A stretch of 60,133 bases of DNA, taken from NCBI GenBank assembly GCA_024278215.1, contig JAJRTR010000064.1, positions 1-60,133 on the forward strand. The letters are read 5' to 3'. The notes below the pieces were generated by a model. The model was not told the origin of the DNA and did no database searches. It saw only the letters and a list, made by a program, of their open reading frames with translations. The DNA comes from a bacterium. GTDB lineage: Bacteria > UBP15 > UBA6099 > JAJRTR01. This document shows, one piece after another, positions 27,048-37,438 of this stretch. How positions within the stretch are numbered: the stretch's first letter is position 1; the number at the start of each line of letters is the position of its first letter. Made by a program: the position numbers and the translations under genes.

Positions 27048-29150
27048 TCAGTCGCCCTTGATGACGACTTCGTGGAAGGCGGCGACACCGGTGTAGAGGT
27101 CTTTTATCTGCTTGAGCAGGGCCAGCCGGTTTGCGCGCACTTCGGCGTCCTCGGACATAACCAGCACATTGTCGAAGAAGTAATGCGCCGGTTTTGTCAG
27201 GTCGTAAAGCGCCTCGATCTTCTGCCCGAAAGCTTCGGTACCGGCCCGTGCAATTTTATCAGCCACCGATTTATATGCCTCGTACAGTTCTTTCTCCGGC
27301 ACCTCGCCAAGTTTGTCCGGATCGACTTCTTTTGTTTTGAAGTCGCCGCTTTTCGCCGACTTTTTCTGTATGTTTGAAACACGGGTATAAACCTCGTGCA
27401 TATCTTTGAATTCCTGAGTGTCCCTTGCAACCGCGAGAGCGGACGCCATGAGCCGCGCGTGATGCAGCGAGGGCGCGCCGGGAAGGTTCACCGCGTTGAC
27501 AACATCGTAGTCGAACCCGAGTGATTCCATGAAACCGTCGAAGCGGCCTTTGAAGAAGTCGAGGAGTTCGCCGCCGACTTTTGCACACTGATCCCGTGGG
27601 ATTATGTCTGTGTTGTACTGCTGAATCGCGAGATTTATGAGCGCGGGCAGTGGAATACTGAACTTACGGTCTTCGAGAATCCTGATGACGCCGAGGGCCT
27701 GCCGCCTTAGCTGGAAAGGATCGGCGGATCCCGTGGGCTGGAAGCCGATTGCGAAGAAGCCGGAAAGCGTGTCCATCTTATCCGCGACGGCAACGAGCGC
27801 GCCGGGCAGAGTCAGCGGCAGGTCGCCGCCCGCGAAACGCGGCATATAATGATCTTCTATTGCCTGCGCGACCGCCTCCGGCTCGCCTGCTTTCAGCGCA
27901 TAGTACTTGCCTACCGTGCCCTGTATATCCGTATATTCAAAAACCATTTGAGTTGTCAGATCGGCCTTCATGAGCCTTGCCGCCCGACGCGCCGTTTCGA
28001 TGTCCGCCTCTCTTGCGCCGAGCATCCCACCCAGTTCTTCCACAAGCGAGATCACGCGCCCGGTCTTTTCGAGAAGGTTGCCGAGTTTCTGCTGGAAAGT
28101 TATGCGGCTGAGCTTTTCAACACGTTCGGGGAGCGGTACGCGAAGGTCGGTTTCATAGAAGAATTGCGCGTCCTTGAGGCGCGAGATAAGCACCTTTTCG
28201 TATCCTCTTTGTACGATTTCATTATCTGTCAGCGGAGCGTTCATCACATTGATAAAACGTGGCAATACCTTCCCGGTGTTCCTGTCGAATATGGGGAAGT
28301 AGTGCTGATTTTTTTCTATACATATTGTCAGGACCTCTTTGGGCAACTGTGTAAATTCTTCCGGGAAAACGCCTGAGCCGACATAAGGATATTCCACAAG
28401 GTAGTTGACTTCTTCGAGCAGTTTGTCGGTTATATGCGGTTCTCCGTCGGCAAGGCGCAGGACCTCGTCGCGAATCATTTTTCTGCGTTTTTCGTGGTCG
28501 GGCATGACGCCGGCGGCTTCGAGTTTGTCGAAGTATTCGACAGTCGAATTGATTTCAATCGGGTCGTCGCCGAAGCAGCGGTTGCCGTAGGTCAGATTGC
28601 CGCAGGGGATGCCTTCGATATCGACGATTATCGGCTTGCCTCCGAAGAGGAAAAGCAGCCGGCGGATCGGTCGCGCGAACCGCAGTGTGCGCACGTCCCA
28701 GCGCATACTTTTAGGAAAGTGAAGTGACACTATCAGCTTATGCATCAGGCCGGAGATCACATCGCAAGTCGGTTTTCCCGTGTCTTTTATCAAGGCGAAA
28801 ACGTATTCGCCTTTCGGAGTATTTTTCACAGTGAGATCGGAAGTGGACACTTTTCTGGAAGCGGCGAATTTTTCTGCGACGGCAGTCCAGTTGCCGTCAG
28901 CGTCGCGTGCTATCTTCGCGGGAGGCCCCTTTATCTCGGTTTCGACATCTTTTTGCCTGGCGGCGACATCGTTTGCAATCAGGGTGAGGCGGCGCGGTGT
29001 CGAATAAGTTTTCACAGCGCCGGTCTCGATACGGTTTTCTTCGCAGAATTCGTTGAACAGAGCCACCATATTATTCATTGCCGGTGCAATGTATGATGAA
29101 GGTATCTCTTCACAACCGATTTCAATAAGCAGGTCTTTTTCCGTACTCAA
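27048..29150 (-). CDS. glyS: glycine--tRNA ligase beta subunit
   Basis: LLIEIGCEEIP, TPRRL, KGPP, FPKSMRW, F.RPI, LVEYP, RL.DA.FF, KADL.T.MV.E, PTGSADPF.LRR, FFDNV.VM, NRLALL. Confidence 0.96.
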   Translation of the reverse strand: MSTEKDLLIEIGCEEIPSSYIAPAMNNMVALFNEFCEENRIETGAVKTYSTPRRLTLIANDVAARQKDVETEIKGPPAKIARDADGNWTAVAEKFAASRKVSTSDLTVKNTPKGEYVFALIKDTGKPTCDVISGLMHKLIVSLHFPKSMRWDVRTLRFARPIRRLLFLFGGKPIIVDIEGIPCGNLTYGNRCFGDDPIEINSTVEYFDKLEAAGVMPDHEKRRKMIRDEVLRLADGEPHITDKLLEEVNYLVEYPYVGSGVFPEEFTQLPKEVLTICIEKNQHYFPIFDRNTGKVLPRFINVMNAPLTDNEIVQRGYEKVLISRLKDAQFFYETDLRVPLPERVEKLSRITFQQKLGNLLEKTGRVISLVEELGGMLGAREADIETARRAARLMKADLTTQMVFEYTDIQGTVGKYYALKAGEPEAVAQAIEDHYMPRFAGGDLPLTLPGALVAVADKMDTLSGFFAIGFQPTGSADPFQLRRQALGVIRILEDRKFSIPLPALINLAIQQYNTDIIPRDQCAKVGGELLDFFKGRFDGFMESLGFDYDVVNAVNLPGAPSLHHARLMASALAVARDTQEFKDMHEVYTRVSNIQKKSAKSGDFKTKEVDPDKLGEVPEKELYEAYKSVADKIARAGTEAFGQKIEALYDLTKPAHYFFDNVLVMSEDAEVRANRLALLKQIKDLYTGVAAFHEVVIKGD

Positions 29151-29171
29151 GGGGAAAACTCCAATCAGAAA

Positions 29172-31877
29172 TTATTCGTTTTTCGAGGGTGAAGTTTCGG
29201 CGGCGGCCAGCCTGTCGCGGATCGAAGCCTGAGCGGCGGCGAGACGCGCGATGGGCACGCGGTAGGGCGAGCAACTTATGTAATTCATGCCGAGCGAATG
29301 GCAGAAAGCGATAGTGCGTGGTTCGCCGCCATGTTCGCCGCACAGCCCAATAGTAAGGCTGCTGTTCGCCTTGCGGCCGTCGTGAGTTGCGATGCGAACA
29401 AGTCTGCCCACACCGTCCATATCTATAGTTTCGAAAGGATTCTCGTCGAGAATGTGCTGGTCGTGGTAGTAGTGAAGGAATTTGTGTTCGGCATCGTCGC
29501 GGCTGAAGCCGAAAGTTGTCTGTGTCAGATCGTTAGTGCCGAAAGAGAAGAAGTCGGCTTTTTGCGCGAGCGCACCCGCGGTAAGCGCCGCGCGGGGAAT
29601 CTCGATCAGAACGCCGATCCGGTAATGAAGCGTCACGTTCTTTTCTTCCATAAGTTTGCCGATCAGGTTGTCGAGGCGTTCCCTGATCCATTCGAATTCC
29701 CTGACGTGGCCGACCAGTGGGATCATTATTTCCGGGCGTGTTTCTATGCCTTCGGTAATCAGTTCGCAGGCGGCTTCGACAACCGCCCTGACCTGCATCT
29801 CGATAATTCCCGGGTTGATAATGCCGAGACGGCATCCCCTGAGCCCGAGCATAGGATTTATTTCCTGGTGTGAGAGAACCCGTTTTAGCAGCCGTTCTTT
29901 GCGGCGGAGTTCCTCGCCGGCTTCGCCCTGGCTGCGCATGACGGCAACTTCTTTGGTAAGTTGTTCGGCGTTTGGAAGAAATTCGTGCAGAGGGGGGTCC
30001 AGCAGACGGATAGTGACGGGTTTACCGTTAAGCGCCCTGAAAATTTCGAGAAAATCATTGCGCTGGAATTCTTCGAGTTGCACCAGCATGCGGTCGCGTT
30101 CTTCCGAGCTTTCCTCGAGTATGAGGGTGCGCATGGCGGGCAGCCGGTCTGCAGCCATAAACATCGCCTCGGTGCGGCACAGGCCGATGCCTTCGGCTCC
30201 GAACTCGATGGCACGCTGTGCATCTTCGGGTGTGTCGGCGTTCGCCCTGACTTTCATCGTCCTCATTTCGTCGGCCCATGAGAGCAGCACCCTGAATTCC
30301 GTACTGATGCTGGTCTTGCGCATGGGGACGGTACCGAGGAACACACGACCGGACGAGCCGTCGATAGTGATGATATCGCCGCGTTTTATTGTGAGGTCGC
30401 CAACCCTGATCTCGCCACGGTCGATGTCGATATTCATGCTTTCACAACCGGTGATGCACGGTTTGCCCATACGCCTTGCGACAACGGCGGCGTGGCTCGT
30501 GACACCGCCGTGCCCGGTGAGAATCCCGGTGGCGAGTTCCATAGCTTCCACGTCGTCAGTAATCGTTTCGGCTCGCACGAGAATGGCCTCGCGGGATTGC
30601 TTGATGTATCGCGCGGCTTCTTTTATATCGAAGACGACAGCGCCCGAAGCGCCGCCCGGCGACGCGGGCAGACCCTTCATAATGCTGCGCATCTGCACTT
30701 TGGGATCGATGAAGTTGTGAAGTATCTGGTCGAGTGATTCCGGCTCGATGGAGAGCACTGCTTTTTCTTTTGAAAGCAGGCCCTCATTCACCATATCGAC
30801 AGAGATTTTTATCTTTGCCTGCGCGGTGCATTGTGCGGTGTGCGTCTGGAGAATATACAGCTTTCCGCTTTCTATAGTGAACTCGATCTCCTGGGCTTCC
30901 TGAAAGTGATGTTCAAGTTTTTCGGCGACCTTTTCCAGTTCGCTGTATACAGGGAACAAGTCGCCCTGGAGTTCGCTGATTTTTTTCGGAGTGCGTGTGC
31001 CCGCCAGCACGTCTTCGCCCTGAGAACGCAAGAGGTATTCACCGAAAAGCTGTTTCGCGCCCACGATAGGATCGCGAGTGGTGACAACGCCCGATGCCGA
31101 CCTGTCGTCGAGGTTGCCGAAAACCATGCCCTGGACGATGACTGCCGAGCCCAGGTCATGCGAGATGCGCCGCAGGTTCCTGTACACTACCGCGCGTGGA
31201 TTTTCCCACGAACGTATTACAGCGACAATCGCCTCTTTCACCTGGTCGTATGGATTATCAGGGATGCTGCTCCCTGTTTCTTTGCGTATGATTTCACGAT
31301 AGTTGTCGGCGAGTTTGCGGTGGTGGTTCGAGTCGAATTCTTCTTCCGAGAACATGCCGGCATGGTTGAGCATGTCCTGTGTAGCTGCATCGAATTTGTA
31401 GGGTTTTATGCCGAGCACAGTCTCGCCGTACATGCGGGTGAAGCGCCTGTAGCAGTCGAAAACGAAATACTCGCTCATGCCTTCGTCCAGCAGGCTCGCT
31501 ATCACTTCGCGGTTCATTCCCACGTTGAGGATTGTGTCCATCATGCCGGGCATCATGACCGACGCGCCGGACCTTATGGACAGCAGGAGCGGGTTCCTGC
31601 TGGCGAACCAGCGGTCCATCGTGTTTTCAATTCTGGAAACTTCGGAACGCACCTCATAGAGCAGTTCCCTGATATCGATGTTTCCTTTGAGAATATCGAA
31701 GCCGGCATCGGTGGGAATGATAAAACCGGGTGGCACGTTGAGGCCCAGGGCCGTCATTTCAGCAAGGCTCAGCCCCTTCATCCCAATGCGGTGCAGGTCG
31801 TCGCGCCCGCAATCTTCGAATCGAACGATTACTCCGATGACTTGCCTCGTTTCTCCTGCTGTTTTATCTTTTCCCAC
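29172..31877 (-). CDS. ppdK: pyruvate, phosphate dikinase (divergent)
   Basis: NVPPGF, RSGA..MPGMMDTILN, QGEDV, IEFTIE, TSHAAVVAR (phospho-His), VRANADTP, RLLDPPLHEF, NPMLGLRGCR, SFGTNDLTQ, GLCGEHGG. Confidence 0.93.
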   Translation of the reverse strand: MGKDKTAGETRQVIGVIVRFEDCGRDDLHRIGMKGLSLAEMTALGLNVPPGFIIPTDAGFDILKGNIDIRELLYEVRSEVSRIENTMDRWFASRNPLLLSIRSGASVMMPGMMDTILNVGMNREVIASLLDEGMSEYFVFDCYRRFTRMYGETVLGIKPYKFDAATQDMLNHAGMFSEEEFDSNHHRKLADNYREIIRKETGSSIPDNPYDQVKEAIVAVIRSWENPRAVVYRNLRRISHDLGSAVIVQGMVFGNLDDRSASGVVTTRDPIVGAKQLFGEYLLRSQGEDVLAGTRTPKKISELQGDLFPVYSELEKVAEKLEHHFQEAQEIEFTIESGKLYILQTHTAQCTAQAKIKISVDMVNEGLLSKEKAVLSIEPESLDQILHNFIDPKVQMRSIMKGLPASPGGASGAVVFDIKEAARYIKQSREAILVRAETITDDVEAMELATGILTGHGGVTSHAAVVARRMGKPCITGCESMNIDIDRGEIRVGDLTIKRGDIITIDGSSGRVFLGTVPMRKTSISTEFRVLLSWADEMRTMKVRANADTPEDAQRAIEFGAEGIGLCRTEAMFMAADRLPAMRTLILEESSEERDRMLVQLEEFQRNDFLEIFRALNGKPVTIRLLDPPLHEFLPNAEQLTKEVAVMRSQGEAGEELRRKERLLKRVLSHQEINPMLGLRGCRLGIINPGIIEMQVRAVVEAACELITEGIETRPEIMIPLVGHVREFEWIRERLDNLIGKLMEEKNVTLHYRIGVLIEIPRAALTAGALAQKADFFSFGTNDLTQTTFGFSRDDAEHKFLHYYHDQHILDENPFETIDMDGVGRLVRIATHDGRKANSSLTIGLCGEHGGEPRTIAFCHSLGMNYISCSPYRVPIARLAAAQASIRDRLAAAETSPSKNE

Positions 31878-32215
31878 ATTTCGATTATTTCTTTTTCATC
31901 CTTGACTTTCACATCGCCGAATACGTGCGGGTGGCGTCGCACTATCTTCTCGCCCACTTCTTTCATCACTTCGTCGAACGTGAACCGACCGTCCTCTTCG
32001 CCCACTTGGATCAGCATCAGCAGTATAAGCATCACATCGCCGAGTTCCTCGCGCATGCCCGTGTCCGACCCGCGCTCGATCTCCACGATCGCTTCCTCGA
32101 CTTCTTCACGCAGGAACGGCGCGAGCGTCTCCATTGTCTGGCGCCTGTCCCACGGACAACCGTTTTCTCCGCGTAGCGTTCGTATCAGACCCCTGAACTT
32201 TTCAAATTCGCTCAT
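31829..32215 (-). CDS. mazG: MazG nucleotide pyrophosphohydrolase (single domain)
   Basis: LR...GCPWD..QT..TL...L.EE..E, EELGD, K.VRRHPHVF, WEKIK..EK. Confidence 0.9.
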   Translation of the reverse strand: MSEFEKFRGLIRTLRGENGCPWDRRQTMETLAPFLREEVEEAIVEIERGSDTGMREELGDVMLILLMLIQVGEEDGRFTFDEVMKEVGEKIVRRHPHVFGDVKVKDEKEIIEMWEKIKQQEKRGKSSE

Positions 32216-32361
32216 TCCCTCGCCACATTCCCCGGAGATGTCAAATAAGTAATATAGTTTATATACCTCAAACAAACAATTCAATATTGGAGATCATGAG
32301 ATTGCCATGTTGTTGTGAAAACAGTGGTAAGCTATCCTGCCCGAATTTATTGCACCTGGCT

Positions 32362-32910
32362 CTACCTGATTCTTTTATCACCGTATTCGTCATTCATTCG
32401 TTTCTTTACGGCTTTATAAAAATCTTTCATGTTCGGTTCCGCCAGCTTTCCGATGAACGGAACAACTATTTTGACTGCTTTCTGCACAAGCCTGTCGGGC
32501 AGGCCTGGAAGCCTCTTAAGTGTAATATCGAATGTGCCGTCGATTACAACTTTTGTCCCTTTCTCCTCTTCATAGTAATAGGTAAAACCCGAACTATGGA
32601 CATATTCCGTGAAGTAATCGGTAATAACCTTCCATTCGATGATTTTTTTCTCGTGGTCGCAGATCATTTCCTCATGCCAGCGCAGCATTTTGGGTTTTAT
32701 CACCGGCCTCGCTATTGCAGGAATCGCGCCGTCTCCATGGAAACGAAGCAGGAAAAATTCACGACCGTCCTCGAGCATCTCCTGCTTTTTGGTTTTTATC
32801 TTCGTCACGTTAGGGACATATTTCTGAAGCGGGTCGAAGTCTTTCGAGGTTGCTTCAAAAGTGACATCGAGAGGATAAGGAAAATGTTCGATAAGCTTGA
32901 ATTTATACAT
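32362..32910 (-). CDS. hypothetical protein, possibly SRPBCC/START-like (DUF2505-like)
   Basis: ATG at 32910 follows GGAGG; pattern IP......P..L.W.E.....EW...T.....G resembles DUF2505. Confidence 0.55.
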   Translation of the reverse strand: MYKFKLIEHFPYPLDVTFEATSKDFDPLQKYVPNVTKIKTKKQEMLEDGREFFLLRFHGDGAIPAIARPVIKPKMLRWHEEMICDHEKKIIEWKVITDYFTEYVHSSGFTYYYEEEKGTKVVIDGTFDITLKRLPGLPDRLVQKAVKIVVPFIGKLAEPNMKDFYKAVKKRMNDEYGDKRIR

Positions 32911-33029
32911 GCGGCCTCCAGATTCCAAAAGGCAACCCAATGTGCCTGAAAGTTGAAATCGCTATGGTAAATCTTACCATCCGCTGGGTGTCCCGGACAA
33001 TTTATCTCCCGGCTACGGTGTTGCGTCTA

Positions 33030-34754
33030 TTATTCTTCGCCGATGAGATTGTCAGCTATCTTCAGCCGGCGCTCCATCCGCCTGACAAACATTTTATAAT
33101 TCGCGTTTTCGTAACCCGCAAGCTGCGCCATTTCGTCCGCATTATGCTTGCCGCCTTCCAGCCACAGCCTGGTCTTGAGCAGTTCGCCGGCACCCTTGTC
33201 GGTAAACCATTCCGGCCCGAATTTATCACGCATCATTTCGTTCAACTGGGCAGCGAGCATGAATGCCCTGGCATAGTCGGCCGAATAGAAAAACGAGTCT
33301 ACATCCGTGCGATACCTCAGCGCTTCCGTGTCAGTGAGCGGGAACCCGTAGGCGTCGCTGAAAAGGTCCTGGTACACCTTGTGCGGATCATCTGTCTGAC
33401 CGCTGTAGACGCCCCTGTAAATTTCCGGCGAACCACCGTGCAGTATTGTTTCATAAATAAGTTTTGCGCGGTTGTAGCGTCTGACCATGTAAACATCCCA
33501 GAACACGCGGTTGCGGATCAGCAAGCCCATGTCTTTGTCGGTCATCAGCGGCACACGGTCTTCAGGTTTCTGGAACCGGTTGTATTCCTTCACCAGTTCC
33601 CTGTATCTGACCAGCCAATCATACTCGCCCCAGACCGTCTCGAAAAAAATGGCGAATCCTTCTGTGACGGCGTTATCGCCCAGTTGCTGGAACTCCCATG
33701 TTTTAGTGGTAGTATTGGCGAAGTGGAGCGCGTGGCCGCCTTCGTGGAAGAAAGTCTCGAAGTCCGATATGCCGCCGGAGGGCTTGACGGTTATGCGGAC
33801 ATCGCTGGGGACGGTGATGGAATAGCACGCCGCGCGCGGCACCTTTTTGGGCCTGATCTCGTCGTCGATTTTTATTGTGTCGCCGGACGCCGTCGTCAGG
33901 TCCAGTCCCATGCCTTCGATAAAATACATGAACGTGGGTATCACGAGTTGCGCCGGGAAAAATTTCTTGAGATGCGGCACCGAAGCAAGGAACTGTATGT
34001 CCGCCCTGCTGAATTCCGACACCGGGATGCCCATCGCTACATCCACTTCCTCCGCGAGCAGTTTCCTGTACAGATCATCATATTTTTCATAGAACTTTTC
34101 CGACATCGCCAGCAGATTCTTCAGGTCTACATGCCTGTATTCCTCTGATAGCGACACATAATCCGAGTAGCCGATTTCCTTTGCAAGTTCCTGCAATCGC
34201 TCCTCCTGCCTGGAATATATCGGGTTGATAGATTCTTTCCAGACCCGGGCCTGCGCGGCCTGGAGTTTCTGGCGTCGTTCCGGGTTTGTTTCCTGCGCCA
34301 TCAATACATGAATCTGTCTGTAGGGCACAGGTTTCTTTTCCCAGTCGAGTGTAACGGTCGCGTTCGCTTCCTCGTTATTTATCTCGTCGTCGAAATGCGC
34401 GGTGTCCAAAGCCATATATTCCAGCATCATAGCGTTTTTCATGAACTGCAGTGCGCGCCGATCGTCGTCACCCAGAGACTTGTCTTCCATCAGCGAAGCA
34501 ATTTTCGCGATTGTTTTCTTTGAGAAAAGGTCTTCGTGTCCCGCATAGCTTTCGGCGAAAACACTTCGCTCACCCTGCGTGCGGACGAACCAGCTCAGCA
34601 ACGACTGTACCGTATACAGCGAACTAACCGTGTGCCTTATCTTCAAATAGTCTTTGTCCTTTATCTCCGCCGCCGCCGGTGCACATATCGACATTCCGGC
34701 AATCGCCAGAAACGCAAACAAAAGTATCCCGCTCAGTGTTTTCCTTGTTGTCAT
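33030..34754 (-). CDS. secreted gluzincin metallopeptidase (M3/M2/M32-like)
   Basis: Signal peptide; RPKKVPRA.C, HEGGHALH (HExxH), downstream TEGFA glutamate, Y.ADY. Start at 34754 follows GGAGG. Confidence 0.75.
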   Translation of the reverse strand: MTTRKTLSGILLFAFLAIAGMSICAPAAAEIKDKDYLKIRHTVSSLYTVQSLLSWFVRTQGERSVFAESYAGHEDLFSKKTIAKIASLMEDKSLGDDDRRALQFMKNAMMLEYMALDTAHFDDEINNEEANATVTLDWEKKPVPYRQIHVLMAQETNPERRQKLQAAQARVWKESINPIYSRQEERLQELAKEIGYSDYVSLSEEYRHVDLKNLLAMSEKFYEKYDDLYRKLLAEEVDVAMGIPVSEFSRADIQFLASVPHLKKFFPAQLVIPTFMYFIEGMGLDLTTASGDTIKIDDEIRPKKVPRAACYSITVPSDVRITVKPSGGISDFETFFHEGGHALHFANTTTKTWEFQQLGDNAVTEGFAIFFETVWGEYDWLVRYRELVKEYNRFQKPEDRVPLMTDKDMGLLIRNRVFWDVYMVRRYNRAKLIYETILHGGSPEIYRGVYSGQTDDPHKVYQDLFSDAYGFPLTDTEALRYRTDVDSFFYSADYARAFMLAAQLNEMMRDKFGPEWFTDKGAGELLKTRLWLEGGKHNADEMAQLAGYENANYKMFVRRMERRLKIADNLIGEE

Positions 34755-34828
34755 ACAGCCCTCCCCGGAGTTCGTTTTTCTTTTTGCATATATATATAAT
34801 ATCTTTATTCTTTTATATCCAACCTGTT

Positions 34829-35425
34829 TCAGTCGTCGCGCTTTCTTGATTTTCTGCCCAGCGCGCCGCCTGGATGACAGAAAGCAAAATCCGCCGGGCC
34901 GAACCCTTTCGCGCGTGACACAGCCACCGCGAGCGCGTCGCCCAGCGCAAGTGTCACCGTCGAACTGGATGTCGGCGCAAGCCCCAGGTGATCCGCTTCG
35001 CGCTCTACTCCTATATCCAGCACAACATCCGCGCACAGTCCAAGTTCCGAATGCCTGTTGCCGGTCATTGCGATAACTATGTTGCCCATCTGTTTCGCAA
35101 TGCCCGCCGCGGCAACGACTTCGGTCGTTGCTCCGCTGTTCGAGATCGCTATGACGACATCGCCCTTCGACATCATGCCCGAGTCGCCGTGCAGCGCTTC
35201 TGTCGAGTGCATAAAGATAGATAGTGTGCCGAGGCTGGCCATTGTCGCGGCGATCTTTTTCCCCACATGCCCCGACTTGCCTATGCCGGTGACAATCACT
35301 CTGCCTTCGCATTTTTCAATGATTCCGGCGGCGGTTCCGAAGTCCGCGCTCAGCCTGTTTTTAAGTTCTTTCAGGGCATCTATTTCATATTGCAGTACTT
35401 CCAGACCCCATTCGAGATAATCCAT
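34829..35425 (-). CDS. KpsF/GutQ (KdsD-like) SIS sugar-phosphate isomerase without CBS domains
   Basis: GRVIVTGIGKSGHVG.KIAAT.AS.GT, EA.HGD.G, ISNSG.T.E, LAPTSS, GDALA, FA..HPGG.LG. Confidence 0.9.
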   Translation of the reverse strand: MDYLEWGLEVLQYEIDALKELKNRLSADFGTAAGIIEKCEGRVIVTGIGKSGHVGKKIAATMASLGTLSIFMHSTEALHGDSGMMSKGDVVIAISNSGATTEVVAAAGIAKQMGNIVIAMTGNRHSELGLCADVVLDIGVEREADHLGLAPTSSSTVTLALGDALAVAVSRAKGFGPADFAFCHPGGALGRKSRKRDD

Positions 35426-36261
35426 CACTCGACCTCCGCCGCCGCCGCTGCAGGTTCGACGACTCGGCCCGCGAGATACCACCTGACTGCGAAAAGAACC
35501 ACAAGCGCGGCAAGCGGCCCGAGCACCGAAACCACTCCCGCCGCAATCGTCGTGTTCCATGCGGCAAGATACAGCGTGCCCGCTGCCGCGATTATCACCG
35601 CGAGCCCCATTACCTTCAGTCGCAGCAGCGCGACAATCAGCAGCGCGACAAGCGCCACACTCGCACGTCCCATTATCACTATCATGTTCGACATAGTGAA
35701 ATCTTTCCACAGAACGGCCGTAAGAAATATTCCCAGTGAAAACGAGAATGTCAGAATATAAAGATATATTATTATCCTGATCGGTTCTGAGACACCAGCG
35801 AAAAATGTTGCCGGCGCCTTTTTACCGCCGCCGCTGCCGCCGTAACAGTAGGACGACCATATTGTGAGCGCACTTGTCGCAAGCAGAATGTTGATGCCGA
35901 GAAACTCGACCGCGCGTTCCATCGGCCAGAGCGGCCAGTAGTAGCCGAAGACCGGGAGAGCGTCGGCGCTGCCGAGTTGCGCAAACTCCAGCGAACTCTC
36001 CGGTGCTACATAAAGAATCACAAACCGAATGAGGAAAAACGCGGAAGCAAGGGCGAGAAAATGTGCGAGCATGGCGTTGCCGGACAAGCGGTCGAGATTC
36101 TGTTTGAACCTGAAGCCGCCGGAATAAAAAGCCGCAACAGCCAGCGGCGACGCTGCCAGTGCGAAAACGATGACGATCTCAAGCCGCTGGGTTCTGACAA
36201 AAAGCCAGCCGATAGCGAATATGTAGACCGACAGCAAAATTGCAAAATTAAAGTTTTTCAA
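35425..36261 (-). CDS. multi-pass membrane protein of unknown function
   Basis: Many hydrophobic segments; overlaps the coaE stop and the start of the SIS gene. Confidence 0.7.
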   Translation of the reverse strand: MKNFNFAILLSVYIFAIGWLFVRTQRLEIVIVFALAASPLAVAAFYSGGFRFKQNLDRLSGNAMLAHFLALASAFFLIRFVILYVAPESSLEFAQLGSADALPVFGYYWPLWPMERAVEFLGINILLATSALTIWSSYCYGGSGGGKKAPATFFAGVSEPIRIIIYLYILTFSFSLGIFLTAVLWKDFTMSNMIVIMGRASVALVALLIVALLRLKVMGLAVIIAAAGTLYLAAWNTTIAAGVVSVLGPLAALVVLFAVRWYLAGRVVEPAAAAAEVE

Positions 36262-36865
36262 TATTCCGCCATGCCTCCTCGACCTGGCTGCGGGTCTGCG
36301 ATTCCGTACCGCTGTTGTCGATGACAACATCCGCGAGTTTTTTCTTTTCTTCCTGGCTCATCTGCGACCTGATGCGTGCTTCGGCGCGCGCGCGCGTACA
36401 GTTGTCGCGCCGCATAATCCGCTCGACAAGCTGTTGCTCCCGCGCAATAACAAGCCAATTCTCATGGGTCGATTTATCCATGCCGCTCTCGAAAAGAAGC
36501 GGCGCCTCCAGCACGACAATATGCGCCGCGGACCCGGCAATACGCCGCGCCGTCTCGCGTCCGATAATCGGGTGCAGAAGGCCGTTAAGCCATATTCTTT
36601 CCGATTCGTCGTTGAAAACAATATCAGACACAGCCTCGCGGTTAAGTGTTCCGTCGCTGCTCAGCACCCTGCCGCCCCAGCGCCCGACAATACGCTCGAG
36701 ACCTTCCGTGCCGGGCTCGACTACTTCGCGGGCTATCACATCAGCATCTATAACGTCCGCACCCAATTCCGTCAGCGTCCGCGAGACAAGGCTCTTTCCG
36801 CTTCCTATCGTGCCGGTCAATCCTATCAGGAATTTATCTCTCTTCGGTATATTCACTTCGTACAA
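36248..36865 (-). CDS. coaE: dephospho-CoA kinase
   Basis: IGLTG.IGSGKS, IDAD.IAR.VV, L.R......F, HP.I, EAPLLFE, RI.SQM, AD.VIDN.G. Confidence 0.95.
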   Translation of the reverse strand: MYEVNIPKRDKFLIGLTGTIGSGKSLVSRTLTELGADVIDADVIAREVVEPGTEGLERIVGRWGGRVLSSDGTLNREAVSDIVFNDESERIWLNGLLHPIIGRETARRIAGSAAHIVVLEAPLLFESGMDKSTHENWLVIAREQQLVERIMRRDNCTRARAEARIRSQMSQEEKKKLADVVIDNSGTESQTRSQVEEAWRNIEKL

Positions 36866-37089
36866 TTATCATTTATTCACCTTTTATAAGTCAAGTACAG
36901 GTGTATGATAATGAAGATGGTTTCTGTTGTTTTGAACCATCGCAATGTGAAACAACGCTTCCGGCATTGCCCAATCATGAATCCATGATGTAGAATATAG
37001 GATATTCACCTGGGCGCATGGTTGCAGACGACTTCTGATGAATAATGCGGATCGGGTGTGTGAATTCAGGATAAGCAGGTCGATAAACC

Positions 37090-37395
37090 ATGATGGAAAA
37101 GATCAAGCTGGTGCTCCTGAGCTATGATAAGGAGAACATGGAAATCGAAGTGGAAGAGATTCAGCCTGGAAAGAAACCCATCCGCGGCATAAAAAAAGGC
37201 ATGACCGTCAACGAGTTTAAAAAATTCGTTCGAAGCAAGTTCGGCAATAAAGTCGAAATCGTAAACAAGATAAAAAAGAATCGTGAACTCATCGGTGGCG
37301 GAGCACAGCCGGGATATGAAGAAAAAGTCCAGGACGACCGCTACAACATGAAGGACATCCGCGAAGCGATGAAAAATCGTGACATGTGCGATTAG
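37090..37395 (+). CDS. small basic hypothetical protein
   Basis: 101-aa ORF in the gap between coaE and pheT, with an upstream TTGCCC...TAGAAT promoter-like sequence. Confidence 0.6.
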   Translation: MMEKIKLVLLSYDKENMEIEVEEIQPGKKPIRGIKKGMTVNEFKKFVRSKFGNKVEIVNKIKKNRELIGGGAQPGYEEKVQDDRYNMKDIREAMKNRDMCD

Positions 37396-37421
37396 CAGCA
37401 TTGGTGAAATATTGCCGCTAA
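37392..37421. repeat. GCATTGGTGAAATAT-core hairpin (variant copy)
   Basis: TTAGCAGCA-TTGGTGAAATAT-TGCCGCTAA: same core as 8806/49990, different but still pairing outer stem. Confidence 0.6.
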
Positions 37422-37438
37422 GCCGCGAGATAGTGTGG

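Noticed and set aside
31829-32215. MazG or the ADP-ribosylglycohydrolase as anti-phage or toxin-antitoxin systems
   Set aside because: MazG lies in a housekeeping operon, and no partner toxin, ADP-ribosyltransferase or other defence gene is adjacent to either.
34755-35312. N-terminal extension of the 760-aa ORF 33030-35312
   Set aside because: It overlaps the SIS isomerase gene in another frame; the real start with RBS and signal peptide is at 34754.
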